A stretch of 64,000 bases of DNA, from the NCBI GenBank assembly GCA_963718565.1, contig OY970364.1:416001-480000 (forward strand), written 5' to 3'. The position numbers and the translations under genes were made by a program. Of the stretch, positions 50,239 to 59,800 are shown piece after piece (position 1 is the first letter of the stretch; each line of letters starts with the position of its first letter). Under the pieces are notes generated by a model that made no database searches, was not told where the DNA came from, and worked only from the letters and a program-made list of their open reading frames with translations. The stretch comes from an uncultured Verrucomicrobiae bacterium (GTDB lineage: Bacteria; Chlamydiota; Chlamydiia; Chlamydiales; Rhabdochlamydiaceae).

Positions 50239-52212
50239 ATGAAATTACTTCTCAAAGCAGCATTACGTAGTCGCAAGCATTTATCTCTACTGGTCATCAC
50301 ATTTGTAACTCTCCTATGTTTAACATTAGCAAGTCAAATGGAGATGTTCGCCCTGGGTGTCCTGTCTAACAACGGTGCGGATTTTTTTGCTCTTTTTTCA
50401 ACAGAACAGACAGTGAATGCTCCTAAGGATTCTGTTTCTTTGCGTACGGTGGAAGCAAAATGGCACGAGATTGATAGCGGTGGGACAGGGGTCATCACCA
50501 AGCAGCAAGCAGCTACCTACATGACTGCCAAAGAGACGAATCCACTCAATTGGCTTTTGCGAGAATTTCAACAGCATTTTCAATGTGCCAGCAACATCAA
50601 CGCTTTGGTCATTATTCTGGTGTGTGTGGCTGTCTTTAAGGCCATCTGGTTGTTTGCCAGCCGTTATACGACTCAGATTCTCTCGATCCGTGTCAGCCGC
50701 GACTTAAGACAGCAGTATTTTGAGCACATCCAATCGCTTCCGATGAGCTTTTATCAGAAACATAACATTGGAAGTCTCTCCTCGCGTGTTGTCGGCGATG
50801 CAGGTCAGATTGCGACATCCATCAATTCCTGGCTGACAAATTATCTTCAGACCCCTTTTACGATTGTGACATGCCTTTCCATGTGCTTCTATCTTTCCTG
50901 GCAGCTTTCTCTGGTGATTTTTTTTGGTGTACCGCTGATTGTTATCCCGATTGTCTTTTTGGCACGCCGGGTCAAACGCGTCTCCCGCCAGCTCCAAACA
51001 AACCAAGAACGTTTTGCCAACGTGTTGATCGATTTTCTCGCCGGTATACAGACAGTAAAAATCTTTTCGATGGAAGCATTTTCTTTGAAGAAATACAAAG
51101 AGCAGAACGACCGTATGGCTGTTCTCGAAGGCAAAACGGCAAAATATGGGCTTTTGACCCGACCAATTCTTCACGCTATCACAACGCTTTGTTTGGCCTC
51201 TGTCGTTTTGTTTGGTCTGTACACGCTTGGAATGAGCCTTTCGCAACTCATTGTCTTTTGCGGCCTTCTTCAACTCGTTTATGAACCTGTTAAGAAATTC
51301 GCGGATGAAAATGCCAATATTCAACGAGGGGTTGTCGCCGCTGAAAGGATGTTTGAAGTTCTGCATTTAAAACCCAATATTGAAGACCGAAAAGGAGCTA
51401 TCGAACTTTCCGGGTTTGCCTTCAGAATTGAATTTGATCACGTCTGGTTTCGCTATCAAGGCGAATGGGTGTTGAAAGATGTCAGTTTTACGGTGGACAA
51501 AGGTGAAACAGTAGCGATCGTTGGGCCGACAGGTGCAGGCAAATCCACCATTGTTCAATTGATCCCAAGGCTTTTCGAAGTGCAGCAAGGGGAGATCCGT
51601 ATCGACGACAGGCCGCTTAGCGCATATACTCAGAAATCGTTGCGCGAACAGATCGCCTTTGTCTCGCAAAAGCCTTTCCTTTTCTTTGACACTGTTGCTG
51701 CCAACATTGCATTTGGGCGCAATTTCTCGCGGGAAAGAGTTGAGAGTGCAGCTAAGCGGGCTCATGCTGAAGAATTCATCAGTCGCCTGCCGCAAAAATT
51801 TGATTCTATGCTTGCAGAAGCAGGCCAAAATCTTTCCGGTGGGCAACAGCAGCGATTAGCGATTGCTCGAGCTCTTGTCAAAGAAGCTCCCATTTTGATT
51901 CTCGATGAGGCCACTTCCGCACTCGATTCCATTAGTGAATTGCATATCAAGCATGCGATTGCCAGTTTGCATGGCGAAGTGACACAAATCTTAATTGCGC
52001 ACCGTCTTTCGACAATTGAGCATGCTGACAAGATTATCTATTTGGACCATGGGGTCAAAATTGCGGAAGGTAATCGCGATGAGCTTCTGAAAACTTGCGA
52101 GCCGTTCCGCCGCATGTGGGAAGCTCTTTACCGTCACGATCATTATCGTCCTGATGCAGACAAGGTTTCCGATCGTTCCGTTTCTTCGGAACCAATGCCT
52201 ACTCCTAGTTAA
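50239..52212 (+). CDS. msbA: ABC exporter, MsbA-like (TMD plus NBD)
   Basis: GPTGAGKST, LSGGQQQR and ILDEATS motifs; position next to accA. Confidence 0.8.
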   Translation: MKLLLKAALRSRKHLSLLVITFVTLLCLTLASQMEMFALGVLSNNGADFFALFSTEQTVNAPKDSVSLRTVEAKWHEIDSGGTGVITKQQAATYMTAKETNPLNWLLREFQQHFQCASNINALVIILVCVAVFKAIWLFASRYTTQILSIRVSRDLRQQYFEHIQSLPMSFYQKHNIGSLSSRVVGDAGQIATSINSWLTNYLQTPFTIVTCLSMCFYLSWQLSLVIFFGVPLIVIPIVFLARRVKRVSRQLQTNQERFANVLIDFLAGIQTVKIFSMEAFSLKKYKEQNDRMAVLEGKTAKYGLLTRPILHAITTLCLASVVLFGLYTLGMSLSQLIVFCGLLQLVYEPVKKFADENANIQRGVVAAERMFEVLHLKPNIEDRKGAIELSGFAFRIEFDHVWFRYQGEWVLKDVSFTVDKGETVAIVGPTGAGKSTIVQLIPRLFEVQQGEIRIDDRPLSAYTQKSLREQIAFVSQKPFLFFDTVAANIAFGRNFSRERVESAAKRAHAEEFISRLPQKFDSMLAEAGQNLSGGQQQRLAIARALVKEAPILILDEATSALDSISELHIKHAIASLHGEVTQILIAHRLSTIEHADKIIYLDHGVKIAEGNRDELLKTCEPFRRMWEALYRHDHYRPDADKVSDRSVSSEPMPTPS

Positions 52213-52906
52213 GCAGTCCTAGTTTTTCGAAGTTCTCTTTCAGGTCATGATTTTCAGCTTTGTCAAAAGCACCGCTGGAGGCAAGCCAAGCGACATAGTC
52301 TTTGGGCACTTCCGCAAGAAGCTTGCCCTGATGTTTACCAAAAGGCATTCGGCTCAAGACTTGTGGACGCGCAAGCAGGCTGAGGACTTGTTCCGTGGAA
52401 AGATCATCAATCATCGCGGAAAAAACTTGGTGCAGTACGATTACGTCGTCTAGCGCTCGGTGGGCTTGATTAGCTGGAAGACCGTAGACTTCTCGCAATG
52501 ATTGCAACGTATGCCTCGGTAAGTCTCCACGGTATTTTCGTGCCCATTTTAGCGTGTCGACAAAACGAAACTGCGGAAATTCCATCCCAGATCTTTTGAA
52601 TTCTTGCTCTAGGAATAGCTTATCAAAGGCGTCATTATTGTGCGCAATCAATACGGTCCCTGGAGGGCAAAAGGCGATAAAAGATTCAGCGACCTCTTTA
52701 AAAAAAGGAGCAGTAGCGACCATTGCATCAGTAATATTGTGAATGGCAGTTACCTCCTTGGGAATGGGACACCCTGGATTAATAAACTGGCAAAAAGTTC
52801 GGTTTTCTATCGGATCAAAAGCTGCAAGTTCAACGATTCGATCTTTATCGTTACGAACTCCAGTCGTTTCCGTGTCATAGTAGATGGGGCGAAAGCGTTT
52901 CGACAT
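52205..52906 (-). CDS. DEDDh 3'-5' exonuclease (DnaQ-like) with C-terminal MPFGKH domain
   Basis: YDTETTG, AHNNDAFD, HRALDD and MPFGKHQG motifs. Confidence 0.88.
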   Translation of the reverse strand: MSKRFRPIYYDTETTGVRNDKDRIVELAAFDPIENRTFCQFINPGCPIPKEVTAIHNITDAMVATAPFFKEVAESFIAFCPPGTVLIAHNNDAFDKLFLEQEFKRSGMEFPQFRFVDTLKWARKYRGDLPRHTLQSLREVYGLPANQAHRALDDVIVLHQVFSAMIDDLSTEQVLSLLARPQVLSRMPFGKHQGKLLAEVPKDYVAWLASSGAFDKAENHDLKENFEKLGLLN

Positions 52907-53016
52907 GGCATCCTAATTTAGCGAGGGTCATTTTCTCTCAAATTATACGGAAGACAATAAATATTTGCATCGATTCATTCGGAGTGATATCCTTTTGCTT
53001 CATTTTGAGGTTTTCT

Positions 53017-53607
53017 ATGAAAAGATCTTTATGTGCGTTTCTGCTTTTTTCTCTGTGTGCTGCGCCTATTGTTTCACTAGAAAAAGAGCCCATTGCAAAT
53101 TATCAAGTGCTGTTTTCTCCCGAGGACAACGTTGCGGATGAACTGATTTCTCTCATCCAAAAAGAGCAGAAAAGCATCAAAGCTGCTGTCTATTGTTTAA
53201 TGCATCGCGGCATTGCTAAAGCTTTGATCGAGGCATATCAACGCGGAGTAGATGTAGAAGTCATTGTCGATCCTTATTCCGTCAAGTCGCGTTCACCCGT
53301 AAAAAAAATGCGCGAGGCCAATGTTCCGATTTTTGTGTGGAACCCTTCTCTTCCCACAATTGAGGTCAAAAATGGAAGAAAAGTAAAAAAGCGTCGCCCG
53401 TTGATGCACGATAAGTTTTGCGTTCTTGGAAATAATTTGGTTTGGACCGGGTCCTTTAATTTCACTTTTGAAGGAACTCATAACAATCGCGAAAATGTCG
53501 TTATTCTAGAAAGTAAAGAAATTGCTTCATGCTATCTTGGAGAATTTGAACGTCTAAAGCAAGAAGGTTGCCAAACTTTCAATGAATATCTTTCTCAAGT
53601 AAAATAG
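53017..53607 (+). CDS. Phospholipase D/nuclease-family protein with signal peptide
   Basis: LFSP, RGVDVEVIVD and LMHDKFCVLG..WTGSFNFT..NREN motifs. Confidence 0.85.
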   Translation: MKRSLCAFLLFSLCAAPIVSLEKEPIANYQVLFSPEDNVADELISLIQKEQKSIKAAVYCLMHRGIAKALIEAYQRGVDVEVIVDPYSVKSRSPVKKMREANVPIFVWNPSLPTIEVKNGRKVKKRRPLMHDKFCVLGNNLVWTGSFNFTFEGTHNNRENVVILESKEIASCYLGEFERLKQEGCQTFNEYLSQVK

Positions 53608-53676
53608 ATTTTTATCTTCTTATTTTTCTATGAGAAGGTTATCCTTTTCTCAACGCATTCGAATTGGAGTTTTTTC

Positions 53677-53838
53677 GTGAAGAAAATCTCGCTTTTATTA
53701 CTTCTGATTACAGTATCAGCTATCTTTGTAGGGTGCTATCAAATCCACTCGGATGACGATTTAAGGACGATTCCTGTGACAAATAACCCCAATATTGTCC
53801 CCAACCAAGGTAGGATACTTCCCTCAGCGCCTATGTGA
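53677..53838 (+). CDS. Small lipoprotein (53 aa), absent from the ORF track
   Basis: ggag RBS and GTG start; MKKISLLLLLITVSAIFVGC lipobox; PVTNNP motif. Confidence 0.7.
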   Translation: MKKISLLLLLITVSAIFVGCYQIHSDDDLRTIPVTNNPNIVPNQGRILPSAPM

Positions 53839-53913
53839 GCAAAAATCGTGGATTTAATTCAAATTCTTCGTTATACCGGAAGTGATTCAAAAGTTGAGTT
53901 TAAACCTTAGGAA

Positions 53914-54960
53914 ATGAAAAAGCATACCCCCGTAAAATATCGTTTTTTCCCCAGTGATGCTGCTAAAGTGATTACCGAGCTTGGTAAAGATGTTCTGCTC
54001 GGGCAACTCAAAAAAATGCTATTGATACGCAACTTTGAAATTCGTGCAGAAGCAGCGTATCTTCAAGGTAAAATTGGCGGTTTCTTTCATTCGTATATGG
54101 GGCAGGAAGCTGTGCAGGCAGCTGCTGTCTGTACGATGGGTATAGAACAATGGTGGATTACCTCCTACAGATGTCATGCACTGGCGCTTTTGCTCGGGGC
54201 GACCCCGAATGAGCTTATGGCAGAGCTCTTTGGAAGGGCGACTGGTAATGCGAGAGGGCGCGGAGGGTCGATGCACTTCTTTACAGATCGGATGCTCGGC
54301 GGCTTTGGCATCGTCGCAGGTCAAATTCCGATCGGAACAGGAGCTGCTTTTACTATCAAATATTTACAATCCATTCCCGAACTTAACAGCCGAAAAAATT
54401 GCGATGTCGCTGTGACTTTTTTCGGAGATGGCGCTGTTGCGCAGGGCGCTTTCCATGAGTCCCTTAATTTGGCAGCACTTTGGGATCTCCCTTGCATCTA
54501 CGTCCTCGAAAATAATCAATGGGGGATGGGAACCCATGTGGAGCGGGCGGTCTCAGTTGAACCTATCGCAGAAAAAAAAGCTCCTAGCTTTGGCATCACA
54601 GGATATACTTTTGACGGGATGGATTTCTTCAACTGCTATGCTGGGTTTAAGCACGTTTTTCAAGAAACTAAAAAAACCTCACGTCCTGTCCTTGTTGAAG
54701 TGGTCACTGAGCGCTTTCGCGGCCATTCGATTTCTGATCCGGCCCTTTATCGATCTAAAGAAGAGTTACAGACATGCTTGGCCCGTGACCCGCTTGTCAT
54801 CATGTTTAAAACATTGGAAAATGCCGGTTTCATTACGGAAGAACAGTATCACGCCATGGACAAAGAACAAAAAGAGATTGTTCTCGCAGCCTTGAAATTT
54901 GCTGAAGAAAGTCCGTGGCCTGACCCAATTCTTCTTGAAGAAGATGTTTTTGCGCCTTAA
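53914..54960 (+). CDS. pdhA: Pyruvate dehydrogenase E1 alpha
   Basis: GFFHSYMGQEA, GRGGSMH, FGDGA and RFRGHS motifs. Confidence 0.96.
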   Translation: MKKHTPVKYRFFPSDAAKVITELGKDVLLGQLKKMLLIRNFEIRAEAAYLQGKIGGFFHSYMGQEAVQAAAVCTMGIEQWWITSYRCHALALLLGATPNELMAELFGRATGNARGRGGSMHFFTDRMLGGFGIVAGQIPIGTGAAFTIKYLQSIPELNSRKNCDVAVTFFGDGAVAQGAFHESLNLAALWDLPCIYVLENNQWGMGTHVERAVSVEPIAEKKAPSFGITGYTFDGMDFFNCYAGFKHVFQETKKTSRPVLVEVVTERFRGHSISDPALYRSKEELQTCLARDPLVIMFKTLENAGFITEEQYHAMDKEQKEIVLAALKFAEESPWPDPILLEEDVFAP

Positions 54961-54986
54961 ATCATGAAAAACTAAAGATCATCACC

Positions 54987-55967
54987 ATGCCGATGCAAAT
55001 TGTAGAGATGCGCGAAGCGATACGCCAAGCATTAGACGAGGAAATGCAACGAGACCCTACCGTTGTGATCATAGGAGAAGAGGTCGCCGAGTACAACGGT
55101 GCTTATAAAATCACGAAAGGAATGCTCGATAAATGGGGCCCAATGCGCGTCATCGACACTCCGATTTCAGAACTCGGATTTGCAGGCCTAGGTGTGGGTG
55201 CGGCGATGACCGGATTGCGTCCAGTCATTGAATTCATGAGTTTTAATTTCTCTTTTGTTGGCATTGATCAGATCATCTCCAATGCAATTAAGATGTATTA
55301 CATGTCGGGCAATCGTTTTAGCGTACCCATAGTTTTCCGCGGACCCAATGGAGCTGCCGCTCAAGTGTCTTCTCAGCATTCCCATTGCGTCGAAGCCATT
55401 TATGGCAATTTTCCGGGATTAATCATCATCGCCCCTGGTAATTCTTACGATGCGAAAGGACTGCTAAAATCTGCAATCCGCAATAACAATCCTGTCCTTT
55501 TCTTAGAAAACGAACTCTCTTATGGCGATAAAATGGAGATTCCAACTGAAGAGTATCTGATTCCCATTGGCAAGGCCAAAGTTGTCTGTGAAGGAAAGCA
55601 CGTCACTCTTGTCTCTCATAGTCGCATGGTCAATTCATGCAAGCAGGCTGCCGATGAGCTTACTAAGAAAGGAATCAGCGTTGAATTAATCGATCTGAGA
55701 ACGATCAAGCCGCTGGATATCACTGCAATTGCTGAATCGGTGCGAAAAACACACCGTTGTGTTCTTGTCGAAGAAGGTCACGTTTTTGCGGGGATTTGTG
55801 CTGAGGTGGGTTTTGAGGTCATGGAGCATTGCTTCGACGATCTCGATGCTCCGATCATCCGTGTTACTCAAAGAGAAACGCCAATGCCCTACTCCAAAGC
55901 TTTGGAAAAAGAAACCATGCCGACAAAAGAGCGCATCCTTGCTGCCATTGAACAAGTTTTAGCTTAA
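54987..55967 (+). CDS. pdhB: Pyruvate dehydrogenase E1 beta
   Basis: DTPISE, EFMSFNF and QHS motifs. Confidence 0.96.
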   Translation: MPMQIVEMREAIRQALDEEMQRDPTVVIIGEEVAEYNGAYKITKGMLDKWGPMRVIDTPISELGFAGLGVGAAMTGLRPVIEFMSFNFSFVGIDQIISNAIKMYYMSGNRFSVPIVFRGPNGAAAQVSSQHSHCVEAIYGNFPGLIIIAPGNSYDAKGLLKSAIRNNNPVLFLENELSYGDKMEIPTEEYLIPIGKAKVVCEGKHVTLVSHSRMVNSCKQAADELTKKGISVELIDLRTIKPLDITAIAESVRKTHRCVLVEEGHVFAGICAEVGFEVMEHCFDDLDAPIIRVTQRETPMPYSKALEKETMPTKERILAAIEQVLA

Positions 55968-55978
55968 AAGGTTCATCT

Positions 55979-57280
55979 ATGCCATTTACCATGACAATGC
56001 CAAAACTTTCCCCGACAATGGAAGAGGGGACGATTGTAAAGTGGCGCAAAAAAGAAGGTGAATTTGTCAAAGCCGGAGAAGTGCTTTTTGAAGTCGCCAC
56101 AGACAAGGCAACGGTAGAGCACACTGTTTTGGACGAAGGTTGGCTACGCAAAATTCTCATCAAAGAAGGGGAAACAGCGATAGTCAATCAACCGGTTGCG
56201 ATCTTTACAGAAACGAAAGAGGAAAGTATTGAAAGCTATCAGCCTGAAGGCGTGGTTGCAAAACCCCCTAAACCTGAACCTACTCCGGCCAAAGAGGAAG
56301 TCCCCGCAAAAGGACTGGCTCCAGCCGCTAAAGCTACTGGCGCGATGCAGCAGCCAGCTTTTGTTCCTGAACCTCCGCTTGCGCACTATTGCTTCCCTGG
56401 GCCTGAAGGAGAAGTTACTGGCCGCATTCCTGCTTCCCCACTTGCCAAAAAAATCGCAAAAGAAAGAGGCATCGATTTAACGACGATCAAAGGATCGGGC
56501 CCTAATGGGCGGATCTTGAGCCGCGATTTGGATCTTGCTCAACCTGCTGCGATCGTCACTTTTGGACGGCGTGAGACTCCCACGACTATGCCGGGTACTT
56601 ACGAAGAAGTTTCTTTGTCCCCCATGCGAAAAATCATTGCTCAAAGACTTCAGGAATCCAAGACGTTTATCCCGCATTTTTATTGTACTCAAGAAATCCT
56701 GGCAGATAGAATGGTCTCTTTGAGAGGAGAGCTCGCAACAGCAGGCTTGAAAGTATCGTTCAACGATTTTATTATGCGCGCCTCCGCACTTGCATTAAGA
56801 GAACATCCGAATGTCAATTCCGGGTTTAATTCCGTGAACAATTCCCTGATCCGCTTCAAGACAATCGACATCTCAGTTGCTGTCAGTATGGAAACTGGCT
56901 TAATCACGCCGATTGTAAGGCATGCCGATTACAAAAATTTAGGTCAAATCTCTCAGGAAGTTAAGCTGCTTGCTGCACGTGCCCGCGAGGGAAAACTCAG
57001 CCGTGAAGAGTATACCGGCGGCTCATTTACAGTTTCTAATCTAGGGATGTTTGGCGTTTCCGAGTTTGTCGCCATCATTAATCCGCCGCAAGCCGCCATT
57101 CTGGCTATTGGCGGCATTGAGGACAAACCCATCGTAAAAGATGGCCAGATCGTCCCAGGAAAAACCCTAAAGCTCACCCTTTCCGCTGACCACCGCGTTT
57201 TAGATGGCACCGACGGAGCCAAATTTCTCAAAACCGTGCAAAAATATCTCGAGAACCCCTCATTGCTGCTATTGAGCTAA
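55979..57280 (+). CDS. pdhC: Pyruvate dehydrogenase E2 dihydrolipoamide acetyltransferase
   Basis: Lipoyl motif TDKA; ASPLAKK and DHRVLDG motifs. Confidence 0.95.
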   Translation: MPFTMTMPKLSPTMEEGTIVKWRKKEGEFVKAGEVLFEVATDKATVEHTVLDEGWLRKILIKEGETAIVNQPVAIFTETKEESIESYQPEGVVAKPPKPEPTPAKEEVPAKGLAPAAKATGAMQQPAFVPEPPLAHYCFPGPEGEVTGRIPASPLAKKIAKERGIDLTTIKGSGPNGRILSRDLDLAQPAAIVTFGRRETPTTMPGTYEEVSLSPMRKIIAQRLQESKTFIPHFYCTQEILADRMVSLRGELATAGLKVSFNDFIMRASALALREHPNVNSGFNSVNNSLIRFKTIDISVAVSMETGLITPIVRHADYKNLGQISQEVKLLAARAREGKLSREEYTGGSFTVSNLGMFGVSEFVAIINPPQAAILAIGGIEDKPIVKDGQIVPGKTLKLTLSADHRVLDGTDGAKFLKTVQKYLENPSLLLLS

Positions 57281-57328
57281 TGTCTAATTGAGAGAAATGT
57301 TTTCATACTGAAGGAGTGACTTTTACTC

Positions 57329-57898
57329 ATGAAAGAAAATAAAAAGCGATGCTTCGGATCTGCTCCTGGCAAGGAGTTCTATGCAGAATACCATGACAAA
57401 GAATGGGGTGTTCCCGTTCATGACGATAGGCACCTATTTGAGATGCTCATCCTTGAAGGAGCCCAAGCGGGTTTAAGCTGGGAGGCAATCCTCAAAAGAC
57501 GAGAAGGATACCGGAAAGCTTTTTACCATTTTGATCCTGTCAAAGTCGCCAAAATGACGGACGACGAATTGAATAGCCTTCTTAAAAATCAAGGCATTGT
57601 TCGGAATCGTTTTAAAGTTTATGGTGCGCGCAAAAATGCGTTAGTTTTCTTACAAATCCAAAAGGAATTTGGTTCATTTTCCAAATACGTCTGGAACTTT
57701 GTGAATGGCAAATCCCTTGTAACGCGAAGAAAATCCCTTCAAGATATCCCTGCCTTTACTCCCATCAGTGAGGTCCTCTCAAAAGATCTTAAAAAGCGGG
57801 GGATGATCTTTGTGGGCCCCACAATCATGTATGCGTTCATGCAAGCAGTTGGACTTGTGGATGATCATCTTGCTGATTGTTGGTGTTCAAATCGTTAA
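57329..57898 (+). CDS. tag: DNA-3-methyladenine glycosylase I
   Basis: YHDKEWG, LEGAQAGLSW and FVGPTI motifs. Confidence 0.93.
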   Translation: MKENKKRCFGSAPGKEFYAEYHDKEWGVPVHDDRHLFEMLILEGAQAGLSWEAILKRREGYRKAFYHFDPVKVAKMTDDELNSLLKNQGIVRNRFKVYGARKNALVFLQIQKEFGSFSKYVWNFVNGKSLVTRRKSLQDIPAFTPISEVLSKDLKKRGMIFVGPTIMYAFMQAVGLVDDHLADCWCSNR

Positions 57899-58047
57899 AG
57901 GAGAACTTTCTAAGGAGCTTTAGTGAAAAGATTATTCATTGTTCTCCTCCAAAAACAATATAGGATATTCATTATGGAATATGTAAGTTGTGAATCCGCA
58001 TCTATATCTTCTTTTTCCGAATCGCAGCTTACCCACACTCTTCTCAG

Positions 58048-59121
58048 TCACTGATCCGAAGGTTTTTTGGAAGATAATTTTTCTTCTAGAGCTTTCAGTC
58101 GATTTTCCAGATTTTCAATTTGCTGGGTATATTCGATGATTTTACGGAGGTGCACTTGTTGTCGATTATATTCGGATAAATTCATCACGGGGCTGCCGGC
58201 ATATTTGCCTGGCTGGGTGATCGATTTGCTGACCCCGCCACGAGTGGCGATCATCACGTAGTCAGCGATCTCGAGATGGCCAACGACGCCTGCTTGGCCG
58301 CCAAAAATGACATTTTTTCCTGTTTTGGCGGACCCGGCAATTCCCGTCTGAGAAACAATGATGTTATCTGGACCGATATCTACATTGTGTCCAATTTGGA
58401 CGAGATTATCCATTTTAGTGCCTCGGCCAATGCGAGTGGATTTAAAACGGGCACGGTCAATTGTCGTATTGGCTCCGATTTCAACGTCATCTTCAATCAT
58501 GACCGTTCCGAGCTGCTCGAGTTTTGCGTGTTGACCTTTGGCGTCGGTAGTGTATCCGAAACCGCAGGAACCGATGACGGCTCCGGGTTGTAAAATCACG
58601 CGATTGCCAATAGTGCATTTCTCACGAACTGTCACATGGGCATGAAACTGGCAATGGTTGCCAATCGTAACACCGGGGCCAATAGAAGCGTGAGAGGCGA
58701 TGTGTGTGTGATCGCCAATAATCACGCACTGATCGATGACGGAATAGGGGCCAATGTGAACCTCTTTTCCAATCCTCGCAGTGGGGTGGATCACTGCCGT
58801 AGGATGAATCCCCAAAAATCCGGAGAGATTTCCGGAAGAGGGCAGGAGTGCTTTAACGATAGTTTGAAAGGCACGCGAAGGGTCATCCGAAACTAGGAAG
58901 TTTTTACCTTCCTCGGGCTGGGTTTCTTTATCGATACAGATGACCCCGGCTTTTGTCTCTTTGAGTAAAGAGCGATATTTTGGATTGGCTAAGAAAGACG
59001 CATCTTGCATGCAGGCAGCATCGAGCGCGTCGACTCCGGTGATGAGATAATCAGCGGGGCCGATTAAGTGTGACTGAGTGAGCTCGGCGAGCTCAGCAAG
59101 AGTGAATTTCTTAGACTCCAT
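58048..59121 (-). CDS. lpxD: UDP-3-O-acylglucosamine N-acyltransferase
   Basis: Hexapeptide repeats; GSCGFGY and DNLVQIGHNV motifs. Confidence 0.96.
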   Translation of the reverse strand: MESKKFTLAELAELTQSHLIGPADYLITGVDALDAACMQDASFLANPKYRSLLKETKAGVICIDKETQPEEGKNFLVSDDPSRAFQTIVKALLPSSGNLSGFLGIHPTAVIHPTARIGKEVHIGPYSVIDQCVIIGDHTHIASHASIGPGVTIGNHCQFHAHVTVREKCTIGNRVILQPGAVIGSCGFGYTTDAKGQHAKLEQLGTVMIEDDVEIGANTTIDRARFKSTRIGRGTKMDNLVQIGHNVDIGPDNIIVSQTGIAGSAKTGKNVIFGGQAGVVGHLEIADYVMIATRGGVSKSITQPGKYAGSPVMNLSEYNRQQVHLRKIIEYTQQIENLENRLKALEEKLSSKKPSDQ

Positions 59122-59124
59122 AAA

Positions 59125-59736
59125 TCACTTTTTAATCTCTGTTTTTTGATCGGCAGCTGGTTCTTCAGCAGGAATGGCTGCAGTTGCTGCTTGTTTTTTT
59201 GCCTCTTGAGCAAAGTTTTTATCCATCTCAGTGACGACGAGGCTGGTCACATCGAGAGCTGGTGTGAAGTAGAAACAAGCATCTTTATTGACAACCATGC
59301 TGAGTTTTTTATCCTTTGCAACCTTTTCTGAAGCAGAATTAATGCTATTTGCCAATGTCTGCATGATGCGCATGTTAGCTTGGTTCATCACCTGATAGTA
59401 TTGATTCTGATAGCGGCTGAGTTCTTCATTGAGTGTGCGAAACTTGATTTTGAGCTCTTCTTCTGCTTCGGGAGAAAGTCCATCAAGATATTCGGGATCA
59501 TTAAATTTTGCAGATAAATCACTGAGCTGTTTTTCGGTCTCTTCAAGAAGCGAGGACATCTGTTTTTTAAGAGACTCGAAAGAAGCTTGCTCCTGTTTAC
59601 CGAGCTTGGAATCACTGACGCAAGAACCGAAGTTGACGATACCAAAGCTTGGGGGGACTTCAGCGCTAAAAGCAGCGGTTGTCAGCAGGGTAGCAATAGA
59701 GCCAATTAATAATGCAGGGACAAAGCGACGTTTCAT
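59125..59736 (-). CDS. skp: OmpH/Skp periplasmic chaperone
   Basis: Signal peptide, GIVNF motif and coiled coil; between bamA and lpxD. Confidence 0.88.
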   Translation of the reverse strand: MKRRFVPALLIGSIATLLTTAAFSAEVPPSFGIVNFGSCVSDSKLGKQEQASFESLKKQMSSLLEETEKQLSDLSAKFNDPEYLDGLSPEAEEELKIKFRTLNEELSRYQNQYYQVMNQANMRIMQTLANSINSASEKVAKDKKLSMVVNKDACFYFTPALDVTSLVVTEMDKNFAQEAKKQAATAAIPAEEPAADQKTEIKK

Positions 59737-59800
59737 AGGTTTTTCTCCTGGTTGTTCAGATCCCCGCATAAGGCGGGAATGATAATTATTGAAACTCATG

